A DNA stretch of 31,676 nucleotides from Octopus sinensis. Lineage: Eukaryota. The stretch is taken from assembly GCF_006345805.1 (NCBI RefSeq), contig NW_021829663.1:1-31676 (forward strand). The letters are read 5' to 3'. Position numbers and translations under genes: made by a program. The notes beneath the pieces were generated by a model, which was not told the origin of the DNA, did no database searches, and saw only the letters and a program-made list of their open reading frames with translations. Each line of letters opens with the position of its first letter. Within the stretch, counting starts at the first letter, position 1. This document shows, in pieces, positions 23,910 to 31,676 of this stretch.

Positions 23910-25319
23910 TAAGGCTACTTTCTAGAAAGGGAAACTGAAGACCTTACATTCAGTGGTGTTGGATGTTGACACGTCATAACAGAACTCGAGCGAACAAACT
24001 TACAAATACCTCGAAATAGCTGAGGGCTCTGGCATCCAGCATGCAAGTATGAAAGAGAAGATCAGGAAGGAGTGTTACAAGAGAGTCCTAAAATACGAAT
24101 TAAATGCACGTAACAAGGTTAGCTACAAATTCCTTAGCAGTTCCGATTGTTATTTACGGTTTCAATGTGTTGAACTGGAACATGAGCGAAATAAGGAAGA
24201 TTCACAGGAAAATCTGTAAGCTGCCGACTTGCAATAAGATGCAAGTCACTCAGATCGTCTTTACCTACACAGACCTCACGGAGGTCGTGGGTTGATCTGG
24301 TTTGAAATCTCCTACAAAACCACCACAATTGGACTGACAAAATATCTTGAAACATCTAACGACTGGATGCTAAAGCTCGTTGAAAACCATGAAAGATGTA
24401 AGAAGCTACATTCTGTTATGAAGGAGAGCAAAACATTTTCAAGTGAGTTTATGCATAATACCCGGGTTGAACAGTATGATAAAAGTGCAGCAACTGTAGT
24501 TGCAAAGAAGGTGAAATCAATAGCAAAGCAAAATATTTGAACAATTGGCTGATAGATGGGAATAAAAAACCTCTGCATGGCAAATATGTGGCCCGTAGCA
24601 AACAAGCTGATGTAGACAAGAAACACACCCATCAGTGGCTACGGAGGTCAGGGCTAAAGGCAGAGAGTGAAGGCTTTATCTTGGCTACCCAAGATCAGAG
24701 CTTATTGACCCGGAACTATCAAGCCAATGTGATGAAAAATGGTACAGACCCAAAGTGCCGATACTGCAACAATGGGGTAGAAACAGTGAACCACCTAATC
24801 TCTGGATGTAAGGCTTTGACACCTGTAAAGTACAAATCAGGACACGGCAGAGTTGGCCAATATCTACATTGGATAATGTGTCGGCATTATAAAATGAAAA
24901 ATGTTAACAACTGGTACAAGCACCACCCTAAGGCTGGAAGTGAGGGAGAAAATGTAACTATTTTTGGTGACTTCCTAGTACGTACAGACCGGACCATCAA
25001 AGCAAATAAACCAGATATTGTTGTGAAAAACCAAAACAATAAAATCTGTTTATTGATTGACATGAGCATACCATGTGACCATAATATCTCGGCAAAATAA
25101 TTTGATAAGCTCAGAAAATATACTGATCTGCTAATCGAAATCGAAAAGATGTGGCATCTCAAGACGGTTACAATACCAATGATTGTAGGAGTACTAGGAA
25201 TGGTAAAAAAAAAAAAGAACTTGAAATTATTTAATAATCCCTGGCTTACCATCCATGTAGGAAGTGCAAAAGATTGTTTTAACTGGTACGTCACACGTAT
25301 TGAGAACATTGTTGCTGTG
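23910..25319 (+). mobile_element. 5'-truncated R4/Dong-clade element, copy 2
   Basis: Collinear with copy 1 (SYKTTTIGLTKYLE, GLKAESEGFILATQDQ, CRYC...HLISGC, KPDIVVKNQNNKICLLIDMSIP) with different stops and frameshifts. Confidence 0.9.
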
Positions 25320-25369
25320 AATTTTCTTTCCTTTTTTCTCCATTTATTTGTTTACTTCTTTATTTTTCT

Positions 25370-25875
25370 ATTTTTTTCCTTGTCTTGGTATAAAAGATGG
25401 GCTACAGCAACTATTCTGCTCAATACCACAGATTTGCTTGTCAGTTGTTTGACCTTAACCAGTTGAGCATGTCCCTTAGTGGATGACGATATGTGCATCT
25501 CTGATCACGAGCAGAAGTAGTGGGGGAGCATCATAGCCATGTGCTGAGAGGGATTCTTTGGGGTTTGAATAATTCACTTCTGGAAATGTGGGTGTTTCGT
25601 TCAACATCCTTAAACAACCCTTATTCAGGGATCTTTTGAGCGGGAGGGGGGGGTTACTCGACCAGATGGAAATTCTAACTGGGCCCCACCTGCAAGGTCA
25701 TGTGCTGTTTGTCTTGATATGAGATCACCATGTCGTGCACATATGGTTGTGATGCATGTGCCTAGTGTACCCTTATCATACGGGTAGTCACGATGGGTAT
25801 ACTGGGCTTCGTATGTTTTACCCCAGTGTCACTTTTATGGCATGCACTTCTCTCTCACTCAATAATAATAATAAT
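25370..25875. mobile_element. Unclassified GC-richer probable interspersed element bounded by (AAT)n
   Basis: Abrupt compositional change after R4 copy 2; sharp junction CTCTCACTC|AATAATAAT; no ORF and no clear Pol III boxes; single copy in the window. Confidence 0.35.
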
Positions 25876-26411
25876 GTGTTTGATTTGTTCAACTAAACAA
25901 TTCAAAGCGGTGCCCCATCATGGCCGCCATCGAATGACTGAAACAAGTAAAAGATAAAATATATATTTTCGTTCGCTTTTCTGTTTTCAATTTTTGGGGT
26001 ATATGTTCTACTTAATTCGTTAGACTTATTATTTTTATCTAATGTTTTCATCGACGACGTACCAAGCACAATACATACTCATATACATTGGAGCCAGCCG
26101 CATACTTGAGAATTGGTATTCAGCTCAAAAACAACTCTTTTCATTTCTTTTCCTTTTTTTTTTTGCTCTTCATCACATGGGAACGCTTGGTGTTAGTTGT
26201 ATACATTCACCGAGTTCATAATATATACACATCTCTATACCGAATGAATCAATGGTTAATTACATTGGTTTATTATATTCTCAATATCTTTTTTTTTTGT
26301 CTTCTTTTATAACATTACCTATTCTTACAAAACTTATATATGCTTATATGCCTTGCTTATATTACTTATACAAGTATATATGCTCACGATATACATACGT
26401 GCATACATACA

Positions 26412-26460
<49 letters not shown>

Positions 26461-26624
26461 ATATATATATATATATACGTTATATATATGTACATATATA
26501 TGTATATATATACATACATTTACATATATATATAATATATATATATATATGTATGCACATATACATATATATAATATATATATATATATATGTATGCACA
26601 CATACATATAATATATACATACAT

Positions 26625-26657
<33 letters not shown>

Positions 26658-26814
26658 TATATATATACATACACACACATACATATAGATGCGTGGGTGC
26701 GCATGTGTATCTAAATATGGACACACACATGTGTGTATATTATATATATGGTGTGTGTCCATATTTAGATACACATGCGCACATATAAATAAATATATAT
26801 ATACACACATAAAC

Positions 26815-26856
<42 letters not shown>

Positions 26857-27579
26857 TCTTAGTTATATTTATTGTTATTAATAATGTACATGATATCGTA
26901 AATCCATAGTTAATTATATATCTTACAATGGAAGAGTATGGTTGTTATTATTTTTTTATTATTATTATTAATCGTATGTCAATTTAATTATAGACTTGGT
27001 TTAATTTTAACGTGTGAGGCAAACGTGAGGCAATATAAAATTAAAAGAAGTTTCTAGAAATAATTATTATACCATTGAACAATTATTCATTTAAATTATT
27101 CCACCTACCTTTTGGATATTAAGTTTAACCAACTATCAGAAATATGGAAATAGAAAAAAAAAAACTAAACGCGAGGGAAGAGTAAATCATTACTGCTGCC
27201 ATTGTCAACACGGTCGCTGTTACCACAACAACTCACAACTCAAAATTCTTAATATACCGAACGATCAAAATATTAGGTGCCATTGCTATTCAGGTGTTTG
27301 CTCGCTGGATTGTTTGAGTGGGTGTCTGCCCATGGTATTTCAGAAGCTACAGTTATATAAATGATTATTTCGTTTTGGTATTAGTAAAGAAATAGGTTTG
27401 TGAGATTCTCTATGTGAATCATTTTACTGTATTTTGAAAGGGTTTTTGAAACATTTTACTGTATTTTGAAAGGGTCAGGCTTGAAGTAGAGAGAACATGA
27501 CATTGATCAAATTGCGAATGGCGATGAAAAACAAAAATAGAAAGACTGTCTGTATGTTTATCACTGGCTTAATAATCCT

Positions 27580-27944
27580 AGTGGAGGCGCAATGGCCCAG
27601 TGGTTAGGGCAGCGGACTCGCGGTCATAGGATCGGGCGTTGTGAGTGTTTATTGAGCGAAAACACCTAAAGCTCCACGAGGCTCCGGCAGGGGATGGTGG
27701 TGATCCCTGCTGTACTCTTTCACCACAACTTTCTCTCACTCTTACTTCCTGTTTCTGTTGTACCTGTACTTCAAAGGGCCGGCCTTGTCACTCTCTGTGT
27801 CACGCTGAATATCCCCGAGAACTACGTTAAGGGTGCACGTGTCTGTGGAGTGCTCAGCCACTTACACGTTAATTTCACGAGCAGGCTGTTCCGTTGATCG
27901 GATCAACCGGAACCCTCGTCGTCGTAACCGACGGAGTGCTTTCA
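27580..27944 (+). mobile_element. tRNA-derived SINE with 10-bp TSD and deleted B-box
   Basis: A-box TGGCCCAGTGG; TSD TAATAATCCT at 27570-27579 and 27945-27954; body shared with 8117-8290. Confidence 0.85.
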
Positions 27945-28106
27945 TAATAATCCTCCCAAAATCCAGCAAATTATTAACAATAAGTAAACAAAATAAAGAA
28001 TATTTACTCCTCTTTAATTTTGCTCTTTCTCATGTTGCTGTTAAGTATACAAACTATCTTTATGTTCTGAATGAGCTGGGAATTATACGAAAACCGAATT
28101 CAGTTA

Positions 28107-28585
28107 CCGTAAATCCTCGAGTATAATCCGCATTTTTTCCCCAAAATTTAAAGGTCAAATTCCCTAGCGCGTATTATATACGAGGTTAAAAATGAAAAAT
28201 ATTTTCTAAGCAATGTCCGAATCTCTATTTGCTGTCCGGCAATATTTATTCAGACGCATTTTGTGATGTCGGCACGAAAATACCTTAAGCTAAGCCTGAA
28301 AGCAATGAAGTCATAAAAGAATCATCCATAACTTGCAGTAAGCAACATTTATTAAACGTTATTACTGTTATCACTGCTATTTCTTTATTTTATGCAAACA
28401 AAATACACTAAAAAGCTGCACGTTTGCATTATGTTATATATACAATAATAATAAATGACGTTACCGTATACATTTTTACAAACCAAGGACGTTATATAGA
28501 CATCCTTGACTCAAGTTAGAGAAGGGGTGCGTATTATACAAAAGGTTTAGGTTTTTCAGAGGTACAGCCCCCTTAAAATCCCCTG
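28107..28585 (+). mobile_element. Tc2/pogo-type MITE, right end missing
   Basis: TA|CCGTAAATCCTCGAGTATAATCCGCA left end; internal GCGTATTATA repeats at about 28170 and 28529. Confidence 0.5.
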
Positions 28586-28691
28586 TTCATTATTTCAATG
28601 TGTCTCAATACATTATTGACTTTACTCGTCTCTTGATTTAGTCTCCATTGGTAAGCCTTCTTAAACTCGCGCATAAATTCTGTCCCTTCTA

Positions 28692-28749
<58 letters not shown>

Positions 28750-28752
<3 letters not shown>

Positions 28753-29122
28753 TCCACCTTAGCGAAGACAGAGATATTGTTTTCAGTCGTGTTTGTTTGT
28801 TTGTCCATGGACAAGATATCTCAAGAACCACTGGATGGATTCGGACGAAACATTCAGTGATGTTTGGCCTCGTGACGGGCACGAATTGATTAGATTTTGG
28901 GATCGATCTGATGCCGGACAAGGATTCTGGATTATTTTTAACGGTTTTTTTTAAACTTAATTTTTGAGAGCAATCGGGTTCATTTGTAGTATTCTTGTTT
29001 GTGAGAGCAATCGAGTTTATTTCAGATATTCTCATCTTAAAAATCATCTCTGGCTAATCGTTGAGAGGACGGTGGTTGTGTTTGCCTTGGTGGAGGTTTT
29101 GCGCTCTCACTGATTGCTCTTG
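28750..29122 (+). mobile_element. Non-autonomous Helentron-type element (HINE), copy 2
   Basis: Asymmetric sub-TIRs ACCTCCACC (5' end) / GGTGGAGGT (about 25 bp from the 3' end), (GTTT)n near the 5' end, 3' hairpin remnant, (TTA)n on both sides. Confidence 0.65.
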
Positions 29123-29158
29123 TTATATTATTATTATTATTGTTTGCTGTTATTAGTA

Positions 29159-29190
<32 letters not shown>

Positions 29191-29219
29191 ATTATTATTA
29201 TTATTATATTATTATTATT

Positions 29220-29623
29220 CTATGTTTGACTTTTTGCTTTACATTTGTACAAGTTGGCTCCAAGTCTCTACCCAGAGACCTCAAGGGACAACAGTTGGAA
29301 CTTCATGTTGTTGTTATGCCTAGTGTGCCATATATTTGGTTTTGTATTTAGTGTTGTACTAGTGAATGTCAAAAAAAAATTATGTTTGTTTTAAAACTTG
29401 AGATTACATAGAAAGTATTTTGCGTAGGATGTGAGCAGTTCCCATGAGCACTATCTTTTGAATTTCTGCCATTTCGGGGTTTCCTGGTATCTGAGTTAGA
29501 TAGCAATCAGCCCCCTTTACTATCATTCTCAGGGCACCTATGACAACAGGTATTGTTTTAGTCTTCAGGTTCCACATTTTGCTGATTTCTATTTCAAGAT
29601 CTTTATATTTGCTCAGCTTTTGC
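29220..29623 (-). mobile_element. Short 3' fragment of an R4/Dong-clade element (third subfamily) inside (TAA)n
   Basis: Minus strand KLSKYKDLEIEISKMWNLKTKTIPVVIGALRMI...EIQKIVLMGTAHILRKILSM* (stop at 29404-29406), about 185 bp 3' UTR, (AAT)n at both junctions. Confidence 0.88.
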
Positions 29624-29679
<56 letters not shown>

Positions 29680-29683
29680 TTAT

Positions 29684-29733
<50 letters not shown>

Positions 29734-29779
29734 AGTGTTGACTGGGAGAAAAAGCATACTCCTTTCCATAGTAGATACT

Positions 29780-29990
29780 GGTTTCAATTTTTGGCACAAG
29801 GTTAGCAATTTCGTGGAGGGATTAAGTCGATTATATAGACCCCACTGCACAATTGTATATATTTTATCAACCCCGAAAGGATGAAAGGCAAATTCGACCT
29901 CAGCGAAATTTGAACTCATAATATAAAGACGGACGAAATGCCGCTAAGCATTACCCCGGCCTGCTAACGATCCTACCAGCTCGCTACCTT
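29780..29990 (-). mobile_element. Family S1 SINE
   Basis: Reverse-complement homologue of 961-1160. Confidence 0.8.
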
Positions 29991-30108
29991 TACCGTAATA
30001 GTGATTAATAATATATTCTATTTTGGTCAACAGCATGTGACACGCCTTAACCAATAGCAGCCTATCTTCCGGAAGCCATCTTGAGTTTCCTCTATACGGT
30101 AATCAAAA

Positions 30109-30157
30109 GCCTGAAAGAGACGGGTTTCTGTTATAGGCCCACGAAACTTTAAGTTGC
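30109..30157 (+). ncRNA. Degenerate hammerhead-like motif
   Basis: GC-CTGAAAGA-GACGGGTTT...AGGCCCAC-GAAAC-TTTAA-GTT-GC; one extra base in the core and short stems. Confidence 0.35.
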
Positions 30158-30187
30158 ATGGAACTTATCAAACCATTTTAAATAATA

Positions 30188-30222
<35 letters not shown>

Positions 30223-30306
30223 TATAATAATAATAATAATAATATAATTAATAATGATAAAATGATAATAATAATAATAATAATAATAATATAATAATAA
30301 TAATAA

Positions 30307-30372
<66 letters not shown>

Positions 30373-30972
30373 GGGTATATAAATATATATAGTACTCGTT
30401 CGCTCCTCTTTGTTCCGTGTATTTCTTTTCTTGCAGAAATGCTAATGACGTGGTATTTGATTGTGGTGGATACCAACATGCAAGAAGTGAAACAAGCACT
30501 GTAGTCTCGAAGTCATTCTCTGCGGCACATCATCTGAGATGTGACTTGAAGAATCAGGCAACGAAAATGCAATAAGCTGCCGTCAACACAGTCATTACTT
30601 GAGCTTTGCCTTCGTAACAAGTCCGCCAGGAAGACAGACTCTGCTCAAAGACTGTTTAAAGATAATACACTTCTTTGAGTGACGCTCAATATATAGCCTC
30701 TCCTCAGCTATTGGTTCTCACACTTTTGGGCGACCGGTCATGATCAGGGTAAGACCGGAACCGCTGATTTACTAGCCAAACCGTTCCCGTGAAAGCATTG
30801 ACAGAGAGGGGTGCCTCTTCTCACTGATCTCAGAGCATTTGAAAGGCACACCACGAAAAAAAAAAAAAAGATATGCAAAGTCCCCAACGACAGAATAAAA
30901 TTAAAGTAATCTATGAATCTCAACGGCTGAACAAGCGAAAGAGGGCAAATGTATGCATGTATGTATGATCAT

Positions 30973-31043
<71 letters not shown>

Positions 31044-31076
31044 ATACACGCATATATATATATATATATATATACG

Positions 31077-31129
<53 letters not shown>

Positions 31130-31274
31130 CTATATACAACACACATCACACACACACACGCATACATACGTAATGCATTTTTATTTTCATTTGTGCAGGC
31201 TTCACTTCGTAATTACTCTGAGTTTTCAAACGTATGCATGTGTTTGTGTTTATACAAAGAGCTAGTAATTACAA

Positions 31275-31676
31275 TGCACACACATACACATACACATATA
31301 TACATACATACATACATACATACATTCATACATACAGTCATACATTCATACATTCATACATACATACATACATACATGCATACATACAGTCATACATTCA
31401 TACATACATACATACATACATACATACATTCATACATACATACATACACTCATACATTCATACATACATACATACATACATACATACATACATACAGTCA
31501 TACATTCATACATACATACATACATACATACATACATACATTCATACATACATACAGTCATACATACATACATACATACATACATACATTCATACATACA
31601 TACATACATACATTATTACATTCATACATTCATACATACATACATACATACAGTCATACATTCATACATTCATACA
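31275..31676. repeat. (CATA)n array with recurring CATT/CAGT variant units
   Basis: Direct reading; runs off the window end. Confidence 0.95.

Noticed and set aside
25570-25635. Minus-strand CTGAATA...GAAACACC resembling a hammerhead
   Set aside because: G8 is absent and neither stem I nor stem III pairs.
27420-27476. 24-bp direct repeat CATTTTACTGTATTTTGAAAGGGT
   Set aside because: A simple local slippage duplication with no further structure.
27580-27650. tRNA-like heads here and at 16490-16567, 2996-3055 and 961-1040 as tRNA genes
   Set aside because: They lack a complete cloverleaf and continue into SINE bodies, two of them with TSDs.

Overview
AT-rich, microsatellite-saturated eukaryotic non-coding DNA with no intact host gene. 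The repeat content resembles an octopus/cephalopod genome; this is an inference from recalled SINE families and microsatellite density, not a database result. Nearly all supplied ORFs are microsatellite translations. Protein-coding remnants all belong to dead mobile elements: three R4/Dong-type RLE retrotransposon copies beside (TAA)n, two short RLE-like 3' ends beside (CATA)n, a Penelope-like RT/GIY-YIG fragment, CR1 and RTE fragments, and a full-length DD37D (maT) transposon. Non-autonomous elements include tRNA-derived SINEs, a Helitron, two Helentron-type HINEs, hAT MITEs, a Kolobok-like MITE and long palindromes. The most interesting signal is an apparently intact type I hammerhead ribozyme (minus strand, 20742-20830). 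It sits inside a 467-bp structured unit with a 105-bp terminal redundancy, a retrozyme/Penelope-like architecture. Five further decayed hammerhead motifs and one half-motif are scattered through the window. All alignments and folds were done by eye.
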